From Negaprion brevirostris (Eukaryota): a stretch of 64,000 nt of DNA. The stretch covers positions 109,717,555 through 109,781,554 of the forward strand of contig JARDVH010000001.1 in NCBI GenBank assembly GCA_030324005.1, given 5' to 3'. Below, piece after piece: positions 38,231-51,005 of the stretch. A model generated the notes under the pieces. The model saw only the letters and a list, made by a program, of their open reading frames with translations. It was not told the origin of the DNA and searched no databases. Within the stretch, counting starts at the first letter, position 1. Each line of letters starts with the position of its first letter. A program made the translations under genes and the position numbers.

Positions 38231-39134
38231 ATAGAAAAAAAATGGGCTGGTCAGATCACACATGTTTCAAACTCATTTAACTGCTTACATAGCAAAATGT
38301 GACTTCTCATTTGCGAGTTTAGTTTTAAAAGTAATGAAACCAGTACACAAATTTCACAAAAAAATTAAAGTTATGAAAAGGTAGATTATGCCTTTACTCT
38401 GAATGAATGGACGTACTATGGAACCTGTAATGTACATTATTTAAGTATTAATCAGGCGTTTCTTAAAGGATGTTGGTCTCCTTACGACATGTCATTGATT
38501 TATGGCAATTTGGATTGTCTCGGATAACAGTTCAGTCATTCATTACAGTGAAAATTGTGACTAAACACAGCAAGATTAGTTGGAGCATGGAAAGCCCCTA
38601 AATTGAACCAGCTCAAACCCAATTAGAGTGATATTAATGTATATGTCATTGTCGTTAGGGAGTCCCCTACTGGCAGACAATTCACTTCCAATCTGAAGAT
38701 TCTGAACACAGCTTTATTGATCTATAATTAAAAGCTTTAGATAGTTAATGCACTTTGATCTTACAGCAATTGCAAGGATTGGTGACCACCAGTTAGAATA
38801 ACAAACTATAATGGTTTATTTGCAAGCAGATTATTATACAGAGGACTTCCACAAATGTCAACATCTCCAGCTCTAAAATCTTCTCTGACTGCAAAAGCTC
38901 TGCATGATATCGCTGCGCTCATTCTGCATTGGGCTTCCCGATGTACACCCTTATTACATAATGCATAAATATTTCTACAATTTCCAAAACTGTAGTAGTA
39001 ATGAATGTTTGTAACACAGTTTATCAGAAACTCAGTCTGTCAGGGCACTTTATCTTTCTCTGGGAGTGATGTGGTTCAACTGGTTGAGGTTGAGATAGTT
39101 TTGGTTGATCCTATTCCGGAATCTGTGCCTCACT

Positions 39135-39530
39135 TAGAATTACAGAGGTTTACAGCATGGAAACAGGCCCTTTGGCCCAAATTGTTCATGCCGCCCTTTA
39201 TTTTTTAAAACCCCTAAGCTAATTCCAATTGCCCGCATTTGGCCCATATCCCTCTATACCCATTGTACTCATGTAACTATCTAAATGCTTTTTAAAAGAC
39301 AAAATTGTACCCGCCTCTACTATTACCTCTGCCAGCTTATTCTAGAAACTCACTACCCACTGTGTGAAAAAGTTGCCCCTCTGACACTTTTGTATCTCTC
39401 CCCTCTCACCATAAACCTATGTCCTCTGGCTTTAAACTCCCCTCCCTTTGGGAAAAGATATTGACTATCTAGCTGATCTGTGCTCCTCATAGACCTCCAT
39501 AAGATCACCCCTTAGCCTCCTACCCTCCTA
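39135..39530 (-). mobile_element. CR1 3' fragment nested in the Gypsy element
   Basis: Starts ACAGCATGGAAACAGGCCCTTTGGCCC (antisense CR1 tail). Confidence 0.75.
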
Positions 39531-39585
39531 TGTCCCACTATTTCCTCAGTCTCATTGGAGCAGCACTGTGGCTGCCACTGGCTGA

Positions 39586-39713
39586 CAAAGAACAAAGAAC
39601 AACACAGCACAGGAAACAAGCCCTTCATCCCTCCAAGCCTGCGCCGCTCACTGGTCCAACTAGACCACTTGCCTGTATCCTTCCATTCCTAGTCTGCTCA
39701 TGTGACTATCCAG
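39586..39713 (-). mobile_element. CR1 extreme 3' end nested in the Gypsy element
   Basis: (CAAAGAA)n tail; matches 10078-10230. Confidence 0.75.
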
Positions 39714-42700
39714 CCACTTCATCTGAGACAAACAACAATACTGGCAAAATTGGATCAGCCAGTGGCACTGGCTCCCGAGATGGCTCCCAACTCCTCAAAT
39801 GATCTACATGTTTCATCACTAGCTTGTCCTGCACTTCCACCTCATAACACAGTTGTCCCATCCTGGGGCCACCACAGATGCAGCTTGGTCTACTGCCAAA
39901 ATTCTTCACAAAGACTACCATCTATTTCAAATGCTTTTTCTACTTTTGACTTTCTACTTTCTCCTTTTCTAACAATTCTGCTTGTCTTCATCCTCCGCTC
40001 AAAATTTGGAAATATCAGGCTCAACCTGGTTCTCAAGCATCAACAGATCAGCAGCTCAGCTGGAGCTGTTCTGGTAATAGTATGCAGGATGGTCCTATAG
40101 GCTAAGAGGAGCTGTACTGTCTTAGTTTCTAATGATGCAAATGGCTGCAAACGAGATCTGAACTATGAGTTCAGCCAGTGCATTTGAAAAGGGGTGATAT
40201 GGCGCATTTTGAATATCTTTTACACTATTAGATGTCATGAACTTCTGGAATTTGGCACCTGCAAATGCCGTTCCGTTGTTTGAGATAAATACTTCTGGAA
40301 TGCTGAGTTTATGAAGGGCGCAGGGATCATCAACAGATCTCCCCATCAGCCTCGGTGAATGTGAACTCCCCGACTTGGCGAGTGGAAGCTCGGCCTATAC
40401 AGAAGGAGCAGTGGGGGCGGGGGGGATTAAAACCAGTTGGTTCGAGACTTGGGACTCGGGCCCGATCTGCATTCTATAGCTGTTGAACAGTGTTCAGATA
40501 TCATTGCAAATAAACAGGTGATTGGTGATGGAAGACAGGTCTTGATAAGATTATCACAGTGGCAACGAGGAGTTTTTGTTCTATCCAGATCATATTTATG
40601 GTTTCTTTATAAATATAGCTAATCTAGCTGCCGTGTTCATCAACCTCAGGGGTTGAATTCCTTCTTTAAGATACCAGTAGATCCAATTACTCACAACAGT
40701 AGTTGATGCCCCATGTCTACATGCACCTTCAGTGGCCGGCTATTTACTAACAACGTTAGTGTGATGGGGGCTACTTTGTCCACTTTCACATTGTTCAGTG
40801 ATGTAACATTTCTTTCCTCCACTAGGTGATCCTTCAAACTATGCACTGGAACTGGATTATTTACTCTGCTTGTACTGGGCTGGCCCTGTTTGTTTTTACA
40901 TTTGTACTTCAAATGACTTCCCCAAAGAACTTTGCTTCTCTAAATCTACACACTTTTGAGGAGTAGCTTCCCACACATTGAAACAACTCCATGTTACTCC
41001 TAGGCATCTTAAATCTTTGGAATTTAGTGATTCTTCCAACTTTTGTATTCAACTCATTGCTTGAACTTGATCCCACGCCCTCACTTCTGGCACCATTAGT
41101 ACTCACAGTTTCCCACCATAAGTGCTGGGTCTCGATACGTTGCTTGCTTTGTAACTCCTGGTATCCTTTTTTAGCACTCTTTATCACTGTGACCATTTCC
41201 AGCGCCTTCTGAAAAGTCAACTCGGACACAGCTAACAGTTTCCTTTGCATAACTGCCTTATTTACGCCGCTTACCAATCGATCTCTGAACATGTCATTTA
41301 AAGTGGACCCACAGTCCGTTTTAGCCTTGCTACATAGGCTGCAATGATCTATCCATGTAGTTATATTTAGATCTCTGCACTATTACTGAGGCTTTAGGGT
41401 GGTAATGCCCCTTTGCAAACTCAACGAACTCTGCATCCGGGGATGTTAAACTTCACATCAAATTACACATGAGTCCCACGTGCAGCAAGTAAAATGACTT
41501 TCTTCTTATCCTCCACCCTCTATTCCACTTGCCCTGAAAGAATGCTCTAACCATTCCACACATTGTATCCAGTTGTCAGTGTTCAAGACAAAGGGCTTTT
41601 AGATTCCCAAAGAGAGGCTTGCCGGCTCCCCCTTTTCTGGATTGATCTGATTCACTCTGCAGTTTTGCAACAATATTCATTTTGAATTCCCTGTTGTAAA
41701 TGGAGTTGTTTTGATTTATCTTGCTGCCAATGTAGTAATTGCAAGGATTGGCAGCCATCAATTAATACGACGAACTAGAGTGATTTACGTACAAGCAGAA
41801 AAATACAGAGTACTTTCACGATCTTAACACTTCCTGCCCTAGGATCTAATCTGGCCGCAAATACCCGTGCTTTGCACCAAGTTCCACGCGCTCATTCCTC
41901 ATTGAGTGATCAGGTCACATGACCCTCCTAATGCACGCCCTTTGAAGGGACCAGCTGCTACAGATCTATAATTTCTACAGTTGAACAATTTCTGCTATTA
42001 TGGCAAAGGCTTCAGATAAACAAGAGACACTGGCCCAATTTTTTTTGTCACAGAATAAATTTGCCCTGTGTACCTATGTGTAAATCATGCCTTTCTTAAC
42101 AACATGATCGCTGGCAACAATTATATCAACTGAAAAAAAGTTGCAACTCTTTGTAATTTCTGATGATGAAGTCCTCAAAATAAATTCACAGGAGGTTTTT
42201 TTTTTGTTTANNNNNNNNNNNNNNNNNNNNNNNNNNNNNNNNNNNNNNNNNNNNNNNNNNNNNNNNNNNNNNNNNNNNNNNNNNNNNNNNNNNNNNNNNN
42301 NNNNNNNNNNTAAAAGAGTAATAACATGTTATATCCACCCTCTATCATTCATCATTTTGCTAATGGAAATGTCGATTCCCTTCCATTAGAGAACCACTGA
42401 CCATACATTTTTAACTAGTCATCTACTCGAAAATCATTAATCAGATTCACTTTCTGATTACTGTAACAAAAACCATGTTTCTGAGGGCTGAGTTAGGGGA
42501 CGATAAGAATGAAGTAATTCCCTACCTTATTTAGTCCATATTGGACAACTCACTTTTCACAGCTCATTAAGTATTGATGGGTCAGGTTATCCAGCTATCA
42601 TATTCTTTCTTCATTCCCTTTCCTGCTGTCACACTCCTGAATACATTATATACAAAAGTCAGGAATTGATTTTGAATTTCTACTCTAATTAAAATATCTG

Positions 42701-42950
42701 GGAGGGGGATAAAAATTGCTGTTGAGCTACTAAGCTGATATGCACCAAGGTGTGAAACAATTAATATAAGTTAGAACACTAAAAGCTCAAAGCTGAAAAG
42801 TGAGATGAACCCAGAAATCAGTTAGGACAGGAAACCACAAATAGCAATGACGTGGCATCCCATACAAGAAATGGTAAGCTTTGGGGTGTGACCCTTTATC
42901 AGTGTATGTGTTGGGCAATCTGCAGCCCAGGGGCAACTTGCGGTTCAGGT

Positions 42951-43478
42951 GGGCAGCACGGTGGCACAGTCATTAGCACTGCTGCCTCACAACGTCAGGG
43001 ATCTGGGTCCAATTCCGGCCTCAGGTCACTGTCTGTGTGGAGTTTGCACGTTCTCTCCATGCCTGCATGGATTTCCTCTGGGTGTTCCAGTTTCCTCCCA
43101 CAGTCCGGAGGTGCGCGGGTTAGGTTGATTGGTCATGCTAAATTGCCCCTTAGTGTCAGGGGAATTAGGCAGTAAATACATGGGGTTACAGGAATAGGGA
43201 CTGGGTGGGATTGTTGTTGGTGCAGGCTGGATGGGACGAATGGCCNNNNNNNNNNNNNNNNNNNNNNNNNNNNNNNNNNNNNNNNNNNNNNNNNNNNNNN
43301 NNNNNNNNNNNNNNNNNNNNNNNNNNNNNNNNNNNNNNNNNNNNNGGGGACTTAGGCACTTACTCCTTGGGGTTCCAGGAATAGGTACTGGGTGGGATTG
43401 TTGTTGGTGCAGGCTGGATGGGACGAATGGCCTCTGTCTGTACTGTGGGGATTCTACGATTTTATGATTCTGTGATTC
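42951..43478 (+). mobile_element. HE1-type V-SINE spanning a gap, tail duplicated across the gap
   Basis: Head, core and tail present. Confidence 0.85.
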
Positions 43479-44320
43479 TGAGCGTGGCACAAGACACCTT
43501 GCTGATTGTTGCCCACGCACGGGGTACCAAATTATGCTGATTTCCATCCACGTAGTTTTATTCCTACCAATATAACTGAAGTGATACACATTGAAAGCAA
43601 GGGCAAGTGATATGAGGTACATGCTGACTGCACACAGCATTGACTGTGAGAGCCGTGCACTCCCTCTGCATCCAAAATGTAAATGTTATTTTGTTTTTAC
43701 CATTTGAAGTTGGTGATACTTCTATTAATATATAAATGAATAAGCATTTTCATAGCTCATTATGACATATTCGGTGTGTATTAGATGTATTTCATCTTAT
43801 TCATGGAGTCATAGTTAGTGAACAAGCCAGGTTTCAATCTCATGGAGATGAAGGAGGGCCACTCATGATGCCCACTCGCCAGTCAAGGTTGCCCATCACT
43901 GGCGTAAAAGGCATAGAGCAATCAGAATTCTTGTCATGCCTGCAGAGGAACTTCTGTAGCCAGTACATAAGCAAGCCCAACTAGAGAAGGGGCAGTTCCA
44001 GGCTGCCTTAGGGAATGAAATGGGGAAGGTAGGAAAAAATACAGCATCAGTAAGTGAACATTTTGCTGCTAATGATCATAATTCAGTTAGATTAGCATAG
44101 TTATTGAAAAGGGTAAAGATAGATTTAAAAGAAAAATTCTCATCTTAGGGAAAGGTCAATTTTATCAGCACAGAGGTGGTTCAGCAAACATAGACTGGAA
44201 GCAAATTCCTGAAGGTAAGTCAGTGTCAGAACAGTGGGAGGCATTAATGGATAGGATGGCAAAGGGTTTAGAACAAGTATGAAAACAAAATTCTGCAAAT
44301 TCTGGAAATCTGAAATAGGG

Positions 44321-44625
44321 TCATTGAAGCCCTGCAGTGTAGAATGAAACCATTTGGTCCATCGAGCCTGCACCAACAACAATCTCACCCAGACCCTATC
44401 CCTATAACTCCACGTATTTACCCTGCTAGTCTTCCTGACACTAAGTGGCAATTGAGCATGGCTAATCAACCTAACCTGCACATCTTTGGTGTGTGGGAGG
44501 GAGCTGGTGCCCCCAGGGGAAACCCACGCTGGCATGGGGAGAACGTGCAAACTCCACACAGACAGTCACCCGAGGCCACAATTGAACCCAGGTCCCCGGT
44601 GCTGTGAGGCAGCAGTGCTAACCAC
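44321..44625 (-). mobile_element. HE1-type V-SINE
   Basis: Head, core and tail present. Confidence 0.9.
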
Positions 44626-44727
44626 ATAAAAACAGAACATGCTGGAAATTCTCAGCAGCCCCGGCAGATTCTGTGGAGAGAGAAACAGAGTTAACATTTC
44701 GAGTCCATATGACTGTTCTTCAGGACA
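44626..44727 (-). repeat. Penelope-type short repeat with a minimal type I hammerhead-like motif
   Basis: Minus strand reads TGTC-CTGAAGA-AC-AGTC-ATATG-GACT-C-GAAA-TGTT-AACT. Confidence 0.7.
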
Positions 44728-44769
44728 AATATGCTCAAGAGAAAGAGAAAAACATGTGACTCCAGATTT

Positions 44770-45215
44770 AATTTAAGAAATAGCAGCAAGAGTTGATCAT
44801 AAAGCCCTTCAAGCCTGCTCCACCATTCAATATGCTTACAATTGATCATTGGCCTAAATTCTACTTTCCCACCCGTCGCCCATATCCCTTACTTCTTTGA
44901 AACCAAAAGCCTCAGCCTTAAATACATTCAACAATGGAGCATCTACAATCCTCTGGAGTGGAAAATTCCAAAGATTCATAACCTTTTGAGTGAAGAAATT
45001 TCTTCTTATCCTAGTCTTTTATTCCAAGATTGTGCCCAGGGTTCAAAATCCCCCAGACAGGGAAGTAACCTCGTAATGTCTACCCTGTCAAAACCTTTCA
45101 AAATCTTATATATTTCAATGAGATCACTTCTCATTCTTCCAAACCCTACAGGCCCAATTTATTGAGACCTTCACTCCAGGAAGCAATCTAGTAAACAATG
45201 TAGTAAATGCCTCCA
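44770..45215 (-). mobile_element. CR1 3' fragment
   Basis: Antisense 3' UTR and ORF2 end; similar to the 10510 copy. Confidence 0.7.
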
Positions 45216-45249
45216 AGAGAAGTACGTTCAACCTTCTGCTGCTACTATG

Positions 45250-45701
45250 CTTGAAATCAGTGTGGGGGAAGGTGGGGGGGGGTGGGTGTCTGATACCACT
45301 CTGCCTAAGATCAATGGGGGGAAGGCGGGAGGGGCCCATGATCGGTCTGGGTGGCGGGGGGACGGGGGGTATAAGGAGATTGGTAAAGTTGGGAGAGGGT
45401 GAGGCAATATCTGTGTGGGCCAGGAGGAGGCTTTATCCGGCTCAGGGGGGATATGGCAAAGGAGCAGAATTCTATCTTTTCTTTTCTGTGCATGCGCAGT
45501 TGGAGGCTCAGACTGGAGCTGCATGGTTTCAAGCACATTAAGCCCAACCCACAGGCTTCCGCAGCATTATCTGGACTCACTGATGTTTTTGCAGGCAGAC
45601 TGCGTATGGAAGCGCCCGAGAACAGGTCTAAAAGTCTGATCTGAAACACTCCCAGTTTCAATCCGCCCAGTACTTAGAATAAAAATGTTAAAATAGGGCC
45701 T
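45250..45701. mobile_element. One end of a GC-rich non-autonomous DNA element
   Basis: G-rich body ending AAAATAGGGCC; partner end not seen. Confidence 0.4.
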
Positions 45702-45866
45702 TAGTGTCCCAAGGTGTGAAGGTTAAGAGAATTAGTGGGGTTATTTATGGGTTCACAGGGGTAGGGTGGGGGTGGTGGGTCCAGGTAAGACGTTCTTTCG
45801 GAGAATTGGTGCAGACTCGATGGGCTGAATAGCCTTGTTTGCATTGTAGGGGTTCTACGATTCTAT
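45699..45866 (+). mobile_element. HE1 SINE 3' half
   Basis: CCTTAGTGTCC...GGTGCAGACTCGATGGGC...TTCTACGATTCTA. Confidence 0.75.
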
Positions 45867-45944
45867 TTGATAAAATACAAATTTGTGATCATGTGATTAT
45901 TCCTATTTAAGTTGACGCAAAACCACTTCTGATCTCAACAAAGG

Positions 45945-46435
45945 TATGTGGGTATTAGAGAGGGTGTGGAAGAGATTCATGAGAAGGGTTCCAAGTATGT
46001 GAAACCTCAGTTATGAAGATAGGTTGAGGAAGGTGGGACGGTTTTACCAGCAGTAGAGAACTCTGAGCAGAGATGTGGTAGAGATATTCAAAATTGAGAG
46101 AGTTCTGGAAAGAGCATGTTCCCACTTGTAAAAGGATCAAGAATGAAAGGGCACAGTTCAAGGTTATTGGCAAAAGAAGCCACGGAATAGCAACATGAGA
46201 AAAAATTTCTTCAAGCTGTTAGCAACTGGAAAGTTCTGCCTGAGAGTGTGGTGGAGGCAGGTTCAATTGAAGTATTCAAAAGGGAATCAGACTGTTATCT
46301 GAAAGGAAGAATGTGCAGGGTTATGGAGAGAAGTCAACAGAATGGCACCAGTTAAATTGCTAATTTGGAGATCTGGTACAGACACGATTATTCAAATGGC
46401 CTCATTTTGTGTTGTAAAAAATTCTGTATTCTGTC
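45945..46435 (+). mobile_element. CR1 LINE 3' end
   Basis: LERVWKRFMRRVP..SYEDRL; TTCTGTATTCTG tail. Confidence 0.75.
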
Positions 46436-49400
46436 ATATTTTGTCCTATAGCTACTGATCTCAGACTTGAGATTAGCTACCGTGCTACTGTGATGAAAAC
46501 AGTTGCATAAAAGGCATATTTGCCCAGACGAGGAGCAGAGCCCAGAAACAGGTAAATTATGCAACATGCTACAGTAAAAATGGCAGCAAGTGTAAATATG
46601 ATGGGTTGGGGATCGCATTTCATGTTTTAAAATTTTTAACCTATCCACCTTGAGTCCCTTTTCCGTCCAAACCCAAAAACATTTACTGCAAATGCCCGAA
46701 ATGAGAGGTTGAAATAAAGGACCCAATTTAAACTCAGTTAAAACTTATCTGCTTGCAAAGAATTAAGGTTGGATGTTTGCTACCAAAGCAAGACCTGACT
46801 TGGTTTAAAATTCTCCATTCAATCCAATTTTGTTGTGTGGAGGAGGGGCACTGAGCCAGGCTTACTGGCCCTGGAACCAGATCTGAGGCAGCCAGAAGGT
46901 CTATGTCAGTTCTCTGGGACCATGTGTCTGTTGACAAGCTGTAAGGTCCTCCAGCCCTCACTCATCACAACTTTTCAATCCTAGTGTGACCTCCATGCAA
47001 CCTCCATGCCAACTTAAATCTACTCACCCACAGTCCATAGCTTCTCATACCACCATTTTACCAGTTTCCAACATGTATAGATCAGGAATTACGTATAGAT
47101 TTAAAAAGCTGACAAATAATAAAGCTCTCACCCCTACGCATTTGATTTAAAAAGCTTGCATAAAAAGAAACAAACTTCTATTCAGACCCCACATCAAAGA
47201 CAGCTAATCCTTTATTAGTCTCTTTAGACTTTAATTCAAATGATGAACTCAGAACATGCTGCTGAGATATTTGTAAATTTTGAAACTCAACCAAAATTCA
47301 TAATGACATAATAATTGCCCTTGGGGAAGTATCAACAAAGAATGCAAGTGAAATGGCATGACCAGATGTTATTTTTTCTAACCTACACCAGATGGCCTGT
47401 CAATTAAAGCAGTTCAGCAGAAGGTTTTGCTTTAAATCCAGCTTGTTTTTTTTCATGTTTTTAAAACTGAGGGACTTATAAACAGTGTAGATCATGATAA
47501 TTAAACAGAAGATGTCTGCCTTCCAAGAGTATTTATGACTATTCCATCAGATTTTGACTATCACACTATGGGTGAAGACCCTTATAGGACTTATAGGACT
47601 AAGTTCAAATGGTCCTGTTGAGTTTGGGATTCCCTCACTTGTGAATCATGCCCCAATCCCTTTCCTCTGCTGGCAGAAATTTATTTCTGTCAAAAATGAG
47701 GGTATCTCACCATTTATAAGGCTCCATGGAATCTTTCAACTTCTTTAAAATCTGGCCCTGAAAGTCAGGATGAAACATTCTGTTTAACTATCACATAATA
47801 GGGGTCCTAGATAAAACAAGACAAATAAACTTACTTCCAAAGTTACCTAATAGACATACTCAATTGAATAAACCAATAATTGGATTTGTATCTGTGCTAG
47901 TAAATGTAATGGAAAGGCTAACGACTCATTAAATAGGAGATTACTCCAATATTTTTGTGTGCCTTTTATTACGAATGCTGCTTTTTTAGTATTAACAGTG
48001 AACAGGAGAGAAGCATTGAGTTAATTTTATAGGGCCCAGCTGGCATATTTGTAGTAAATGTTAAAGTTATGTAAAATATGAGGGATGGCTAGAGATCAGC
48101 TACCCACTCATCCATAGACCTGTCCTTGTAATACAGAGGGCAGTTAAATTATCAGGCACCCTGCCTGCTATTAAGGCCTGTTTATGAGATTAGCTGACTA
48201 ATTGTTGGCCATTTAAGGGCATGTAAGGAGGCCAGTCCGCTATCACTATTTCATCTCAGCTATAAAGAAAATATCTCATTCAGGAAGAATCCTGTGCCCG
48301 CTGAGGGCAGCTTTCTAAGATGTTAATCTCTTTGTGGTCCCCTCCCCACATGGCCATCAAATCCCACCTCTCCAATCCTCCCCACCCAGGTTTCTGATCC
48401 CTCCCCAACCAAAAATCCCCACTCATAGCTATGTTGACTTACTTATAAGGACTACTTATAGTCCCAGCAGTGGCCACTACTGAGTACCAGTGCTGCTGAG
48501 GCTACTCAGCTGCTGGTGTTTCCCCAGCATATTATTGCTGCAGTTGTCTCATGGCTGACTTTTCTTCCTGGGTGGCTGGTATGTGGTAAACAATACACTT
48601 TCTAGTAATACTCAGCCCATGGAATTAGATCACCAGTATATTTTCAGAACCTCAAATAAATAAAAATGAAATTTGCCCGATTTAGTCACCATTACTAATG
48701 ATATGAGTAGCTATGTATAAAGGATCAATCTTACTGACAAGAGAAATACACTTGTGGTATAAGGAAATGATTATCGATAAATACCTTTATACCCAATGAT
48801 ATCCATTGAACACATAAGACATTTTCACCAACATTCATCACGTAACTGAGACGAGTTAAAGAACATTCATAATCTCCCACTGGTACCACACTCTTCAATT
48901 TTGTCTAAATGATCTATTCAGGACACTGATGTATATCATGTGCAACCAGCTACATAATATTTAAATACAGCCTGTTTTTAACTAGTTAATGATTGCATTT
49001 CTTGGCTATGAATTTATTACTGTCAGCCATAAAATAATCGTCAAGAGGCAGAAACATGGTGTTTGGAGATTTTCACAGAGTCAGTGAATTGTGAACACGA
49101 GCTGCGAGTTGAAAATGTACTTTTATCCCCTTTCCTATCTGCTGTTCTGTGATTCCCAGTTTAAACACTATAATTACATAGAATTTGCAAGAAGCAAGAT
49201 AGCACACAGCTGGATTTTTCCGTTGGAAGATACAAACCTGATTAAGCAGCAATTTGAAATCCTAATTATATTACTTTGTTGGACACTTCCAGCGGTAGTT
49301 AAAGTGAAAGTGTTGGGTTATGTACAATGTGGACAAAACAGCTGTAGACATTGTTGCTTATCACATTACAACCAATTATAGCCTTTTTTTTCAAAATTGC

Positions 49401-49579
49401 TTGTAAGAATGATAATGATTCTCCACAGTTTAATAATCCACAGCCTTAAATTACATCACAGAATGCAAGCAAACAAATACTTGACATGGTTGACTGTTAA
49501 ATCAATGGAGGCTTCAAACAATCTACTTTAAGAAGATAGAGAAAGGAATTTCATTTGGTCTGTGAAACTTATTGGGATA

Positions 49580-49810
49580 GTTAGGTCCTACATAAATCCC
49601 CTTCCTTTGACTTCACCCACCTTACTTCAGGTTGTCACAATGTCGTTTGATCACTCTTCTCAATCTCTTCCTGACGGGCACTCACTCCTCTTCCAACACA
49701 CATTTCACAAACTCCTCTCCCTCCGTACCCCCGGCTCTAGGCCCCCTCCAATTCACTCCGGGAAGATTAAAGTCACCCACTACAACCACTCTATTCTTCC
49801 TGCACCTGTC
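49580..49810 (-). mobile_element. CR1 ORF2 endonuclease fragment
   Basis: DRCRKNRVVVVGDFNLPGVNW...GEEFVKCV. Confidence 0.8.
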
Positions 49811-50730
49811 NNNNNNNNNNNNNNNNNNNNNNNNNNNNNNNNNNNNNNNNNNNNNNNNNNNNNNNNNNNNNNNNNNNNNNNNNNNNNNNNNNNNNNNNNN
49901 NNNNNNNNNNNNNNNNNNNNNNNNNNNNNNNNNNNNNNNNNNNNNNNNNNNNNNNNNNNNNNNNNNNNNNNNNNNNNNNNNNNNNNNNNNNNNNNNNNNN
50001 NNNNNNNNNNNNNNNNNNNNNNNNNNNNNNNNNNNNNNNNNNNNNNNNNNNNNNNNNNNNNNNNNNNNNNNNNNNNNNNNNNNNNNNNNNNNNNNNNNNN
50101 NNNNNNNNNNNNNNNNNNNNNNNNNNNNNNNNNNNNNNNNNNNNNNNNNNNNNNNNNNNNNNNNNNNNNNNNNNNNNNNNNNNNNNNNNNNNNNNNNNNN
50201 NNNNNNNNNNNNNNNNNNNNNNNNNNNNNNNNNNNNNNNNNNNNNNNNNNNNNNNNNNNNNNNNNNNNNNNNNNNNNNNNNNNNNNNNNNNNNNNNNNNN
50301 NNNNNNNNNNNNNNNNNNNNNNNNNNNNNNNNNNNNNNNNNNNNNNNNNNNNNNNNNNNNNNNNNNNNNNNNNNNNNNNNNNNNNNNNNNNNNNNNNNNN
50401 NNNNNNNNNNNNNNNNNNNNNNNNNNNNNNNNNNNNNNNNNNNNNNNNNNNNNNNNNNNNNNNNNNNNNNNNNNNNNNNNNNNNNNNNNNNNNNNNNNNN
50501 NNNNNNNNNNNNNNNNNNNNNNNNNNNNNNNNNNNNNNNNNNNNNNNNNNNNNNNNNNNNNNNNNNNNNNNNNNNNNNNNNNNNNNNNNNNNNNNNNNNN
50601 NNNNNNNNNNNNNNNNNNNNNNNNNNNNNNNNNNNNNNNNNNNNNNNNNNNNNNNNNNNNNNNNNNNNNNNNNNNNNNNNNNNNNNNNNNNNNNNNNNNN
50701 NNNNNNNNNNNNNNNNNNNNNNNNNNNNNN

Positions 50731-50830
50731 TTCTAGAATTAATCTTCTGCTTAATTTCCATTTCCACACTTCCATGTTCTGCCACCACTGATCCCAAGTA
50801 TTTGAAACAAACTATTCATTTTTTTCCAAA
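50731..50830 (-). mobile_element. RTE-like LINE RT fragment
   Basis: CFKYLGSVVAEHGSVEMEIKQKINS, the typical RTE post-YADD motif. Confidence 0.6.
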
Positions 50831-50875
50831 TCTTACTGATCCTCTGCCCTAGACTCAACCTGACAGTTCCTATGT

Positions 50876-51005
50876 TAAAGGCAATATACTGTGGATGCTG
50901 GAATCTGAAACAAAACAGAACATCCTGGAGAAGCCCAGCAGGTCTGACAGCACCTATGCAGAAAGAATAGAGCCAACATTTTGAGTGTGGGTGACCCTTC
51001 ATGAG
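50876..51005 (-). repeat. Penelope-type short repeat with a decayed hammerhead core
   Basis: CTCATGAAGGGTCACCCACACTCAAAATGTTGGCTCT...CAGACCTGCTG. Confidence 0.65.

Larger units (their letters stand above)
38762..41962 (-). mobile_element. Gypsy (Mag-like) LTR retrotransposon, internally deleted, with both LTRs and a 5-bp TSD
   Basis: LTRs at 41731-41962 and 38762-38979; GATCT at 38757-38761 and 41963-41967; PBS-like TGGCAGCAAG; gag FRDRLVSGV..MQRKLLA; protease VHVDMG; integrase ISNNGTAF..APYHPFSNALAE. Confidence 0.9.

Noticed and set aside
43180-43432. Apparent tandem duplication of a SINE tail
   Set aside because: Near-identical copies either side of a 100-N gap; likely an unmerged contig overlap or allelic artefact
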